NCBI GenBank assembly: GCA_918797485.1
Contig: CAKKNE010000003.1
Location: 1,054,001-1,118,000 of the forward strand
Reading direction: 5' to 3'
Source of the DNA: Pelagomonas calceolata
Lineage: Eukaryota
DNA length: 64,000 bases
Positions 55,201-64,000 of the stretch are shown here, piece after piece. The first letter of the stretch is position 1. Each line of letters begins with the position of its first letter. The notes below the pieces were generated by a model, which had not been told where the DNA came from, did no database searches, and saw only the letters and a program-made list of their open reading frames with translations. The position numbers and the translations under genes are program-made.

Positions 55201-55811
55201 TCCACAGCGTCCGGCTCGGAGAGCGACGCGAGGACCTTCTCCACGTCGCCGCACGCGAGGGCCTCCTCGATGGGCTGCTTCTTGTGGAACTTGCGCAGAG
55301 TCCGCTGGTACGCGTCCTGGAGGCGCTGCATCTGGCGGCAGTTCTCCTCGACGTCTCCGTTCAAATTTTTGTCCGGGTGGTATCGTAACAAAGCGGCCCG
55401 GTACTCCTTGCGGACGTCTTCCAGACTGGTCGCGTCCCTGAAGAAGACCGGGTCGCCCGGGCGGTCGCGGCGCCTGTTGTTCTCGGGCGGGTGCTGAGCG
55501 CGTGGCTTCGACGGCGTATCCAACATACCCAGATGCCGCTCGAAGTCATCGTCGTCGTCGTCGTACTGGCCCGAGAGGCTTTTGCAGTAGTGGTGCAGCG
55601 GGTACATGCCGCTGTCGTCCGCTTCACCGCAGGCCTCGGGGTGCGCGTCGACGACGCGCTTCAGGTGCTCCGGCGCCGCATCACACGAGGCGGCGAAGCG
55701 GTGCAAGGCTTTGCGGCCCCGCTTGTCGACGCGCGCCGCGTCGAGCGCGTGGCGGCTCGCGAGGCCGAGCGCGCTCCGGCGATCCTCGACCGGTGCAGCC
55801 TGCCCTTCCAT
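52221..55811 (-). CDS. Ankyrin-repeat protein with a DnaJ domain
   Basis: Many G.TPLH..C repeats; VRKEYRAALLRYHPDKN...LQDAY. Confidence 0.88.
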   Translation of the reverse strand: MEGQAAPVEDRRSALGLASRHALDAARVDKRGRKALHRFAASCDAAPEHLKRVVDAHPEACGEADDSGMYPLHHYCKSLSGQYDDDDDDFERHLGMLDTPSKPRAQHPPENNRRRDRPGDPVFFRDATSLEDVRKEYRAALLRYHPDKNLNGDVEENCRQMQRLQDAYQRTLRKFHKKQPIEEALACGDVEKVLASLSEPDAVDGEGSTILHRVCGSCARRCSPAQLAAVVCAYPEALTRQNDLGDTPLHELCGRFRGDAADLDALVGVLLGGWRSFGGVGDVDDVAHLTNNEGRTPLHALCRGQRKVHRNVLARLVMAWPEAASITDAEGYTALHIFCQYQLELNHRALKLLLRAAPRAASLRTLQDGDSPLHLACYAQRRTIADDADRAFGLLAAFAPVAALSACAKGRRCWSHLPSDDENYAMCVAAIVENAVSGLDDVKLDVDDELRHRDRVKRAITQCVDGRGGTLLHVCASCGAVDVKTLTKVFEICAASDVDKDGRTPLHRFSACPAREGDDIDGRMYLFERLLSESMTQDARGATPLHLACAIADDDEAAITKIEKLLAVAPESASLTTKDGRTAAHECCASCASEIGETVPAILEQLAEAAPRAACAVDGRKKRAWDYLPRHDALFERCFHALLGALVEEPEKLAASDTSETILHLVCAHHAPAITRVLNDRDVRVQDNAGNTPLHCYCEHQGLTDVSDVPEELEALLGAYAGALSVANKAGHTPLHVLARAQKPAPSTSIVERFLCCECVLVGVPHLLLASRPKIAPRACELLRRLVAASADPAGLFARENGKRPWDLLDADDVRFAEVCAICLRAVLTASAGPLDAQDRTPLHLLCSRHGRLLRLDAEYVEPFLGREEAALALDASGGTPLHSACRDVPCDGDLDVAFLTRVAGLGGARVQNASGWTPLHIFMQKHALVLGVRDEDAPAWRALRVLIDAHPAAAGIANAAGDTCLHLVCAAHKRGASQNLARLLDVLLEAAGPAAERAATTRGKGDRTPLEWLPRKGEFYAACEEVLVKRRARCLELLLDHCPAAALASLPESGDLALHQLCGSGVASVPMLEALLKRHPDAATTRNAQGKTPLDLLCGVCVQDGAIVANAAALIKVLLAAAPGAVGDALDCFPTDDRRFEEINALFDACLPEPPRRLSPNEPNRGDRVVEPPAAPKRRMTLSPGNDDELDFRGS

Positions 55812-56101
55812 GGCGCTATGTGCTTTTGGCAGCCTGGCGCTGGGTCGTGGGCGTCTAGCTAGGAGTACAGCTTGACTGGAGCTGCTACTGAGCGGCCCTG
55901 GTGTGCTGCCCCTGGCGTTCGTTCAGGAGTTTTCGAGCCTCACTACGGCGTGGGGCAGCCTGATCGTGGCCCCTGCGTGGCGTCAGCGGCCTAGCGCACG
56001 CTGTGTCGAGCAAAACGAGCTCAAACGAGAAAAATGCGCCACAGTACGAGCTGTACCCGTACGGTAGTGCTGCGGACCGATACTTACGCGCCCGGGATGA
56101 T

Positions 56102-57205
56102 TCAGGAGCTGATCGAGGAGTCGTCGTCGCCGCGCCGCCGCGCCGCGCGCCGCCGCGGGCCCGAGTCCTCGTCTCTCCTTAACGGCGTCGACTCCTTGGC
56201 CTCGTCCTCGCTATCGGACAGGTCCGAGTCCGGCGCCTTTGACTCGGGCTTACCACGGTCCGTGAGCTCGACGCCCTTGTCGCTATCATCATCCGAAGCT
56301 TGGCGGTCCAGCAGCAACGGGACGTCGTCGTCGTCGTCAGACCCGTCCTTGGCAGGCTTGTCCTTGCGCCGCAGCATCTTCGGTAAGCGCGGCGCCTTGA
56401 AGGACGACTCCCTCCTTCGTCGCGGCGGTAGGGTGGAGGGGTCCGGTAATTCAGGGTGATTGGCCATCCAGGCTTTGTGCACATACATTGCAAAACCACC
56501 AAATACCAACCCGACGACCATAATCGCCAAGCCGAGCCAGAAGCCAAACGACAGAGCCTCCGCCGGCGTCTCCCACTTGTCGCCGTCCCGGTCGTGTTTG
56601 ATGCGGTCCTTATGCGCATGGGGGGCCATCACAAATAACCCAGCTAAGAAAATGACGACTCCTATTAAAATGAGTAAGAAGCGCAGCATCGCCAGCGTTC
56701 TCAACGATGGCGGCCCCGCCGACGCATCGGCCCTAGGCCGCATCTTTTCGTCGAGGTATTTTTTGAGCTGGAGACCACCGACACCTACCTCTATCGAGGT
56801 CGGTATTAAGACACATAGAACGAACTGCCACTCCATGGCCTCGAACTGCCACCCATCCAACTGGGCCCAGATCGTCCACACGGAGCCGACGGCGTGGCTC
56901 CACAAGTGAAATAGCGTGACGCGCGGCCAATCTAGCGTCAGAGCGGCCATCAACCCAACATAGTCGCACAATAAACAGACGTAGCCCCACCACAATACTA
57001 TATCTAACCTGTATTGAGCTTCCCGGTACATTTGGTTTACGTCGGCGTCGGTCGTATAGTGCCGCTCCCCATATAATTCTCTCCCATATTTGGCTGGTAA
57101 AGTTACTTGAATGGCCTCGAACTTGACCTGGTAGTAGCAGCACAGTGAGATCGTGTGGAGCGTCAATAAACCGAAGCGCCAGGGGACGAGCTGGGTGTAG
57201 AGCAT
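56102..57205 (-). CDS. TMEM107-like ciliary membrane protein with C-terminal extension
   Basis: LVPWRFGLLTLH, SHAVGSV..W..W.F...IP..IE; two extra TM segments and an acidic tail. Confidence 0.65.
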   Translation of the reverse strand: MLYTQLVPWRFGLLTLHTISLCCYYQVKFEAIQVTLPAKYGRELYGERHYTTDADVNQMYREAQYRLDIVLWWGYVCLLCDYVGLMAALTLDWPRVTLFHLWSHAVGSVWTIWAQLDGWQFEAMEWQFVLCVLIPTSIEVGVGGLQLKKYLDEKMRPRADASAGPPSLRTLAMLRFLLILIGVVIFLAGLFVMAPHAHKDRIKHDRDGDKWETPAEALSFGFWLGLAIMVVGLVFGGFAMYVHKAWMANHPELPDPSTLPPRRRRESSFKAPRLPKMLRRKDKPAKDGSDDDDDVPLLLDRQASDDDSDKGVELTDRGKPESKAPDSDLSDSEDEAKESTPLRRDEDSGPRRRAARRRGDDDSSISS

Positions 57206-57350
57206 CTTTTGTGTCGCGGGGCAGCCCCGGCGGGCCGGCGCGCTTGTTTGCCGCCCGTTCGGTGGCGCCTGCTGTCTCGCGGGGCAGCTTGTCTGGCCTT
57301 CAATGGCGTGGCTGCGCGCGGCGCGGGGGAGCGGTTTGGCTGCCTTTTTG

Positions 57351-57371
57351 CTAGTGTCTTACCAACGCTAG
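57351..57371. promoter_or_regulatory. CTAG-flanked upstream motif
   Basis: CTAGTGTCTTACCAACGCTAG. Confidence 0.65.
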
Positions 57372-57536
57372 CTAATCGGGGCGCGCTCGTTGGTCTTGTA
57401 AACTGGGCCTGCGACACGTGTACACGCACGACCCTTCCGTAGTAGACCGCTGGGGCAGCCGGCGCTTTAGCTGCAAGTCGTTTTGGGCAGCGATCTAGGT
57501 TCTGGCTATAGGTTCTGGCTGACCCGGGTCACCATC

Positions 57537-58172
57537 ATGGCACGCAGTCCTGCGAAGAGGGAGAGCTTCCGCGGCAAGCTCGAGAAAGAGACGCTCACGA
57601 GCTGGACCGCGAGCCTGCGGCCGGACTCGCCGCCAACCGCACCCACGCCGTCGCCCGCGCCGCCGCGGCGCCCGCGCGTGCCCTCGCACATTGTTCCCCG
57701 ACGCTCGAGCGTGTCGCCTGCATTCTCGACGCCGGCATCCAAACTCTTCGCGCGCGTCGAGGACACTCCCACGCCTGAGGCCCACGACGCGCCCCGCGAC
57801 GCGCCACCACCCGAGCCGGAGCCCGCGGCCCTGCTCGACGCGGTCTTCGGAGGCGACGGGGACGCGCCCGCGGCGCCGCCGTCGAGCAATTGGAGGGAGC
57901 TCCGGACGGCCGACGGGCGATCGTATTTCTGCGACGCGGCGACCGGAGAGGTGCGGTGGGAGGATCCCGATGCGGCGCTTCGCGCCAGCGGTGCGTGGAC
58001 GGAGGCGACGACGCAAGGCGGCGAACGCTACTGGTACCACACGGCGACGCGGGAGAGCTCCTGGACGGACCCGACCCGCACCGACAAAGCCTGGGCGCTC
58101 AGCAGGACGGCCGAGGGCTACGAGTTCTGGTACCACACGGCGAGTGGCGAGACGTCGTGGGAGCCGCCGTGA
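57537..58172 (+). CDS. Triple WW-domain protein
   Basis: Three W..x..G..Y(F/W)....TGE..W..P units. Confidence 0.85.
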   Translation: MARSPAKRESFRGKLEKETLTSWTASLRPDSPPTAPTPSPAPPRRPRVPSHIVPRRSSVSPAFSTPASKLFARVEDTPTPEAHDAPRDAPPPEPEPAALLDAVFGGDGDAPAAPPSSNWRELRTADGRSYFCDAATGEVRWEDPDAALRASGAWTEATTQGGERYWYHTATRESSWTDPTRTDKAWALSRTAEGYEFWYHTASGETSWEPP

Positions 58173-58530
58173 CTTTAAGTGTCTTGTGTGTGTAGCCACC
58201 GCGACCGCGCGAGCCGCTCCGAGTACTAGCGCGAGGCGCCGCGTCCTTAGCCCTCTGGAGAAGCCTCCGGCGGGCGCCAGGACCCGTCGGGACGTCATAG
58301 CCGCCTCGTCAATCGTGCGGGTCCGCATCTCTGGACGCGCAGGAGCGCTAGCATCCCGCCGTAGCGTACGACTCCTGTGCGGCCGACGCCCACGAGGACG
58401 CTTGTTCGGTCACGTCGGAGACAGCGCAGCCAAGGGGGCAGCAGCGCCAGCGGCGAGTAGCTCTCCGGGGCAGCTACATACAACCCAAGGGGGGCAGCGC
58501 AAGCCCGCCCGCCGCCGCGACACAGCTAGG

Positions 58531-60561
58531 ATGGCCGACGCCTTCGCGAAACCCAACAAGCTGAAGGATGCCGGCAAAAAAGTAGTGGCCGCCAACAGAG
58601 TCCAGGACACCGAGAATAAACCGAAACTCAAGAAGAAGCGCAGGAAGTTACCTGATCAAAAAATTATTGATAAGCTCCAAGCCAAACTAAGAGCAGCATG
58701 CATGGACACGAAGCCGAGCAAGTTCTTCAGCAAGTTCGACAAAGATAAGAGCGGCGACCTCTCGGTCAAAGAACTCGAGAAGTTGATACGGACGTCCCTC
58801 AAGATCACGAAGAAAGAACTGAGTGAGAAAGATATATCTGCGTTAGTGCAGGCTCTCGATGATGACGATTCCGGGAGTATTAGTATCGAGGAGCTCGGGG
58901 ACTTCGTCGAGTTCGGTGCTGCGACGTTTTACGGGAATGAGGTCACGCGAGACGGCAGTACAACAAAATGGGGCGAGTCCAAGGGAGACTCCGAGGCCAT
59001 GAAGTCGATAAAAAGGAAATCTAGGGCGAAGAAAAGAAAAAAATTGGACGAAGACCTCATGGAGAAGTTCCGGACCAAGCTGCAGGCCGCTACTTTTGGT
59101 TCTTCACCGTCAGAGTTATTTAAATCATTTGATAAATCGGGAGATGGGTTACTCGATGCCTCGGAGTTAACGTCATTAGTACGCAAAGAATTGAAGATAG
59201 CCTCCTCCGAGTTGACAGATGACGACATCAAGCAGTTCGTGAGCGCCGTCGACGACGACAAGTCCGGCACGCTGGGTTTAGAGGAATTGGCCGACTTCGT
59301 CGAGTTTGGCACCGCGACGTTTTACGCCGATAGCGAGACCGCTTCGGAACGTTCTAGATCGTTATCGCCGGACCGACAGCGCTTGAAATGGGGGGAAAGA
59401 GCTGAGGAATCAGCAGCTGCTAAGGAGGATAGGAAGGCGCGGTTGGCGAAGAAAAGGCGGCCCGATTTTGATGAGGATCTCATGAAGAAACTACAAGGTA
59501 AATTGCAGGCCGCGACCTTCGGCGCAGACCCTCTGGAGATCTTCCAGAAGTTCGACAAGGATGGGAGCGGTGATCTGGACGAAGGAGAATTGACGCGCCT
59601 CATCAGACTCGAACTCAAGGTCTCGGAAAATGACTTACCGAATGACATGATCCAGGCCTTCATGCGCGCCATCGACGATGATGGGGATAAAGTAGTAAAT
59701 GTCGGGGAACTGGCGGACTTTGTGCAATTTGGCATGGTGACGTTCTATGCCGACGCTGCTGAGACGGCCGCGAAGGCGAAGGAATTGGGGATGGAAGGTA
59801 AATTAGCTTGGGGGGAACGGGCTGCCGATCCCGATTTGTCTTCAGAAAATTTGGACCAGAAACGCGGGAAACAGCATCTTGGGAGTCTGAGCGCCGCTCA
59901 AAAGATCCTGGACGAGGAAATCTCCACGATTACTGAACCGGCACCGGTGCTGAAGCGGCCCTCTTCGTTTGTCGAGCGGGATTACGCCGACATGGAGGAC
60001 GAGATACGGACCTTGGAGGCTCGAGTCTCGGAGCTGAAGCGGCGCCAGGCGGCTTCTAGGAATACTTCTCGCGTCACTGGTGTGTATCATCCACCAGACA
60101 AAGCCATCAGCGAGGACGCTTTGTATATTGACGCCTTACTCCAGGATAGCGAGTTGAGGCTAGATGACTGCGGCCTAGAGCCGGCTCTGCAAGCTTATAA
60201 AGAGTCCATCGCCCAAGAACACCCGAACGACGTCGCCGCGGCGACGGCGCTCCTCAAGATCGGCGCCATGCTCCGCGACGTCGCCGAGGGCCGCGAGTAC
60301 ACGTTAAAAACTGCGTCCGAGGTCCAGAAGCGCGCCGTGCACCGCGCCGCGACGGGCTTATCGAAGGACCACGCTTTGGCCCTGGCGGCGCGACGGGCCC
60401 TCGGCGGGACGCTGGCGTTGCTGGACGACAAGCAGGGCGCGCGGGAGCAGTTCCGGGTGGTCTTGCGGTTCCTCGAGGCGCGCGAGCCGGCCTGCCCGCC
60501 GGCTCTCGTGGAGGAGATGCGGAGGCTGCTGGATGGGGTCGGTGGTGGTGGGGGGGAGTAG
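58531..60561 (+). CDS. Multi-EF-hand calcium-binding protein
   Basis: Three repeated units, each with two EF loops (e.g. DKDKSGDLSVKE, DDDDSGSISIEE). Confidence 0.88.
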   Translation: MADAFAKPNKLKDAGKKVVAANRVQDTENKPKLKKKRRKLPDQKIIDKLQAKLRAACMDTKPSKFFSKFDKDKSGDLSVKELEKLIRTSLKITKKELSEKDISALVQALDDDDSGSISIEELGDFVEFGAATFYGNEVTRDGSTTKWGESKGDSEAMKSIKRKSRAKKRKKLDEDLMEKFRTKLQAATFGSSPSELFKSFDKSGDGLLDASELTSLVRKELKIASSELTDDDIKQFVSAVDDDKSGTLGLEELADFVEFGTATFYADSETASERSRSLSPDRQRLKWGERAEESAAAKEDRKARLAKKRRPDFDEDLMKKLQGKLQAATFGADPLEIFQKFDKDGSGDLDEGELTRLIRLELKVSENDLPNDMIQAFMRAIDDDGDKVVNVGELADFVQFGMVTFYADAAETAAKAKELGMEGKLAWGERAADPDLSSENLDQKRGKQHLGSLSAAQKILDEEISTITEPAPVLKRPSSFVERDYADMEDEIRTLEARVSELKRRQAASRNTSRVTGVYHPPDKAISEDALYIDALLQDSELRLDDCGLEPALQAYKESIAQEHPNDVAAATALLKIGAMLRDVAEGREYTLKTASEVQKRAVHRAATGLSKDHALALAARRALGGTLALLDDKQGAREQFRVVLRFLEAREPACPPALVEEMRRLLDGVGGGGGE

Positions 60562-61104
60562 GTTTCTTTGTTGTGAGTCTTGGCTTTGTTGGTGCGACGT
60601 GCGGCGACCAACCGGCTCTCGGGCCGACACGGGTCTCGAGGGCCCTTAGTGCGTCCTGGAGAGGTGTGGTGTCGGTCTTCTGCGGACTTTCGTGTGGGCG
60701 GTCGAGACGAGACGGTCCCTCGACTCGTCCGCGGCGCCTTGTGTCTCGCGCGGCGTATAAGCACATAAATACTCCGCAACACACAGCGCCCGCTGCGCGC
60801 GACTCTCAGACACATGAGAAGCCCCCCACGCCTTTGGCGCCGTGGCGCCGCGTCTGCCGCGCTGCGAAAGCAGGAGGCGCCAAGAATTCATTCAAAGGCG
60901 CGCGGCGCCGGCGCGATGCCGCAGCGCGCGCGCTCACACACGCGCCGCCGCAGCCGCAGCGCAGCGCTGCGCTGCTTTTTGACCTCGTTTCCCGCGCAGG
61001 TAACAAATCTTCTTCCCGCCGCCGCACACCGTACGCGCCAGCGCAAAATCAATTCGCCCCGTCTACGCCATCGCCACCACGCCCTCCACGCGCGCAGCCC
61101 AACC

Positions 61105-61595
61105 ATGTCGTCCCCCGCCCTCGCCGAGAACACCAACGCCGCGCCGGCCGCCGCCGAGCCGGTCGTCGCCGCCAAGAAGGCCAAGACCTCCGTCGAGGGC
61201 AAGGCCTCGCCGACGAAGGTCGTCGAGGCGCCCGCCTCGACGGAGGAGCCCAAGCGCAAGGAGTCGGGCGAGGGCGCCGTCGCCGAGAAGCCGGCCGAGC
61301 CCGCGGCCGAGCCCGCCAAGGAGGTCCCGGTCCCGCGTCGTCAACGTTTGCTCCACGCCATCGAGCTTTGCGCTGGCCCAGCGGTCGACCGGTTTGCACA
61401 CAGGCCGCCGCCGCGGAGCCCGCCAAGCCCGAGGCCGCCAAGCCCGCCGAGGAGCCCGCCAAGGAGGCCGCCGTCGAGGCGCCCAAGGAGGCCGCCGCGG
61501 CGCCCGCCGAGGAGCCCAAGGCCGCCGAGCCCGCCAAGGAGCCCGCCGCGGAGCCCGTCGCGGAGCCGGCCAAGGCCGAGGAGCCCAAGGCGTGA
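61105..61595 (+). CDS. Ala/Glu/Pro/Lys-rich disordered protein, intron 61324-61403
   Basis: EPAK/EEPK repeats on both sides of a phase-0 GT-AG intron. Confidence 0.75.
61324..61403 (+). mobile_element. Decayed introner-derived intron
   Basis: Core CTCCACGCCATCGAGC; end GGTTTGCACACAG; TSD only 4/8. Confidence 0.65.
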
Positions 61596-61696
61596 GCACA
61601 GGGCTCGCGCCCAAGACCGCGCCGCGCGCCGCCGCTTGTAGTGGAGGGCCGTCGCCGCGCGAACACCTAAGAAGTACCGTCCGAAAACACAACAAC

Positions 61697-62434
61697 TTAA
61701 CTACAATCCCCGTCCAGGCACCGCTCGACGAGCGCGTCGCCGGCCGCGCGGCCCCCGTCGTACGTCACCTCGCGCCACGGCTCGACGAGCGCCACGTCCG
61801 CCGGAGTCATCGCCGACCGGCGGAGCACCTTCGCCTGTCGCTCCTTGCACGGCCGGCCTCTGCGGTCGCGGTCGACGGCCTCGCTGCGCAGACTCGTGAG
61901 GAGACCACCAATCAAAGCATCGTCTCCCTGGAGCACGAGCGCTGCGCCCTCGCGGCGGCCGGGAACCACGGCCGTCGGCGCCAGGCGCGAAAACAAAACG
62001 GCTCGCAGGCCGCCCGCCCATCGTTTCAGGCGCTCGGCGTACGGTCGCGCGTCGTTCATGTGGTCAATCACAATAACACAGTACATCGGCGGCGCCGTGG
62101 GCTCGCTGACGACAGAGGCGGACTCGGTGGCCGCCGCGTAGCAGGGCCCCGCTTCCTGCAGCACCGCGAGAACGCACTCCTCATTGTCGCAAAAGGAGCT
62201 CAGCCGGCTCGCGACGTCCTCGCGCACCGATCGCGGCAATTGTGCCGCGTCGACGTCCACGATCGGCGCTGCGCGGCCCGGGTAGCCGTCGGGCAGAACA
62301 ACATTCACAACAAGGCCGTCGACGCGCACGGAGATGCTGTTCTCGGAACGCGAGCACACGTCATCCCCGTAGATCGCTGCGATGGCGTCCAGCTCGGCTG
62401 CTCGGCGCTCCTGCGCTTCAGCGTGCTCTGCCAT
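61697..62434 (-). CDS. RWD-domain protein
   Basis: ELDAIAAIY...LPDGYP; IDHM..Y..LKRWA; DRRGRPCKER. Confidence 0.8.
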   Translation of the reverse strand: MAEHAEAQERRAAELDAIAAIYGDDVCSRSENSISVRVDGLVVNVVLPDGYPGRAAPIVDVDAAQLPRSVREDVASRLSSFCDNEECVLAVLQEAGPCYAAATESASVVSEPTAPPMYCVIVIDHMNDARPYAERLKRWAGGLRAVLFSRLAPTAVVPGRREGAALVLQGDDALIGGLLTSLRSEAVDRDRRGRPCKERQAKVLRRSAMTPADVALVEPWREVTYDGGRAAGDALVERCLDGDCS

Positions 62435-62754
62435 CCGTAGTGTTGCGTGGATTCGCTGCGATGGCAATAATGCTAGGCCATAATGCGCCGGGCTGACAAG
62501 CCCTGCGACGGCGAGGTCAGCATTTTGGCCAGCTAGACATACTCAGCAAAACCCCCTCTCAGCCTGATCACATGAGACGTCGACACGCTCCGGCTATAGT
62601 CATCATCTGCGCAGTGCAAGCGCGCTCTCCAGCACGCCATCGACCCTGCTCATAGATCCCAAGCGGATTCTCAATCGCTTCGGGCGATCGGCGCGGTATT
62701 GCTGCAGTGCACTCTCTGTGCAGCACCAAGACGACTGCAATTCGCGCCGCACAG

Positions 62755-63168
62755 ATGCTCGCCAGGACACGACGCATCCTCAGGCCACAGCCCATGCGGC
62801 GGGCGCCGCAAAACCGACGCTTCGGCGCACCACGGAAGCCGCCGGAGGAGCCGCCACGGTCGGCGGACCCGTTCGCGTTCTTGTTCGGGCGCGACATGTG
62901 GCTCGGCGGCGGCGTCGCGGCGTTGGGGGCTGTTTGTGTTGCGAACTACTACGCCGACCAGACCGACGCAAGAAATGCCGACGAGGAGGCGCGCGAGGCC
63001 GAACGGCGTGACGCGATTCGTAAGCAGCGCGAGGAGAGACGTCGCGCGCTCGACGCGCCGACGCGCCTCGCGTTCAAGCGGCGGCAGCTGGCGCAGTCTC
63101 AGCAGGCCGGCGACGCCGCGCGCGTCGCGGAGTTGCGGCGCGAGATCGCGGCGCTCGAGAAGAGCTAG
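62755..63168 (+). CDS. Small single-TM protein, probably mitochondrial
   Basis: Arg-rich presequence, one TM segment, coiled coil. Confidence 0.6.
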   Translation: MLARTRRILRPQPMRRAPQNRRFGAPRKPPEEPPRSADPFAFLFGRDMWLGGGVAALGAVCVANYYADQTDARNADEEAREAERRDAIRKQREERRRALDAPTRLAFKRRQLAQSQQAGDAARVAELRREIAALEKS

Positions 63169-63272
63169 TTTAAGTTTTCTGTTGTCATTCACAAACATAC
63201 TTAGTCCTGGTGCGCCGTCGCGGCGATGGCGTGGAAGACTCTGCGCGAAGGAACACGCACGACGAAAGCCCA

Positions 63273-64000
63273 TCAGAACGTGTCGAACTGGTGGAACTTC
63301 TCCTGGCCCTTCCCATCGAGAGGCTCCTCGATGCCCGGCTCCGAGTCGGGATACCGGTCGAAGTGGCGCGTGTCGTTCGGCGCGCCGATCTCCGGCACGT
63401 ACGGCGCCTTGACCTGCTCGTAGTACAAGGCGTCCCAGTTGACCTTGGCGAACCACGAGTGCGCCTTCAGTTCATCGGCCCCTCTATCTCGGCAGCCTAG
63501 CCTCTTCGTCCGGTCCCGCACAATCAACTTCTTCAAGATAGAAGAAGCCTTGTCATCGACGTGCGGCGGGACCTGGAACTTGCCCGCGAGGATCTTTTCG
63601 TAAACCCCAAAGGGCGACTGGTCGAAGAAGGGCGGGTGCCCGGCCGTCATTTCGAAAATCAGAATCCCGAGGCCCCACCAGTCCACGGATCTACCATGTC
63701 CTAACCCGTTGATGACTTCTGGTGCCGTGTATTCCGGAGTTCCGCAGTTCGTGAAAGTTCTTTCCTCGACGACCTTGGCAAATCCAAAATCGCACAGCTT
63801 AATGTTGCCGTTGATGTCGATGAGGATGTTCTCCGGCTTCAAGCCTCGATAGGCAATGTACATGCCATGTAAATATTGAAACGCTAAGACAACTTCGGCG
63901 GCGTAGAACTTGGCCCTATCGTTCGACAGTTTGCCGGAATTGCGCAACAATGCGTAGAGCTCGCCCCCTATAACTAATTCCATCAGCAAGTACAACCTTA
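63273..64000 (-). CDS. PKA catalytic-subunit-like AGC kinase (5'-truncated by window edge)
   Basis: GGELY, LKPENIL, DFGFAK, CGTPEY.APE, DWWGLG, terminal FDTF. Confidence 0.92.
   Translation of the reverse strand, partial: RLYLLMELVIGGELYALLRNSGKLSNDRAKFYAAEVVLAFQYLHGMYIAYRGLKPENILIDINGNIKLCDFGFAKVVEERTFTNCGTPEYTAPEVINGLGHGRSVDWWGLGILIFEMTAGHPPFFDQSPFGVYEKILAGKFQVPPHVDDKASSILKKLIVRDRTKRLGCRDRGADELKAHSWFAKVNWDALYYEQVKAPYVPEIGAPNDTRHFDRYPDSEPGIEEPLDGKGQEKFHQFDTF

Noticed and set aside
57691..58530. N-terminal extension of the EF-hand ORF overlapping the WW gene
   Set aside because: Arg-rich shadow frame typical of high GC; protein-like sequence begins at ATG 58531

Overview
GC-rich, gene-dense eukaryotic nuclear DNA, most consistent with a pelagophyte alga (Pelagomonas/Aureococcus-like). 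The taxon is inferred from composition, intron style and gene families, not from a database search. About 32 protein-coding genes are supported, including TPP2, PIG-T, XPD/ERCC2, NAD(P) transhydrogenase, a DEAH helicase, a mitochondrial carrier, an HSF and a PKA-like kinase. Two systems stand out beyond the gene list. (1) Most introns are copies of one small TIR transposon family (introner elements). They have ends CTGTGTGGAAATCAA...TTGATTTCCACACAG, an internal CCACGCCATCGA core and 8-bp target-site duplications that supply the GT or GC donor. Copies occur in both orientations and range from a perfect TSD to heavily decayed. (2) A ~20-22 bp intergenic motif, CTAGTGT(C/G)TTACA-N1-3-CGCTAG, has about 10 good copies, each 130-260 bp upstream of a start codon; it is a candidate promoter or chromatin element. 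Other oddities: an FKBP pseudogene still carrying its introner, a PKA-like kinase with Gly at the catalytic Asp, a GluTR-like protein without its NADPH domain, and WD40-C2-SH3 and ankyrin/J-domain architectures. No RNA genes, CRISPR arrays or autonomous transposase were recognised.
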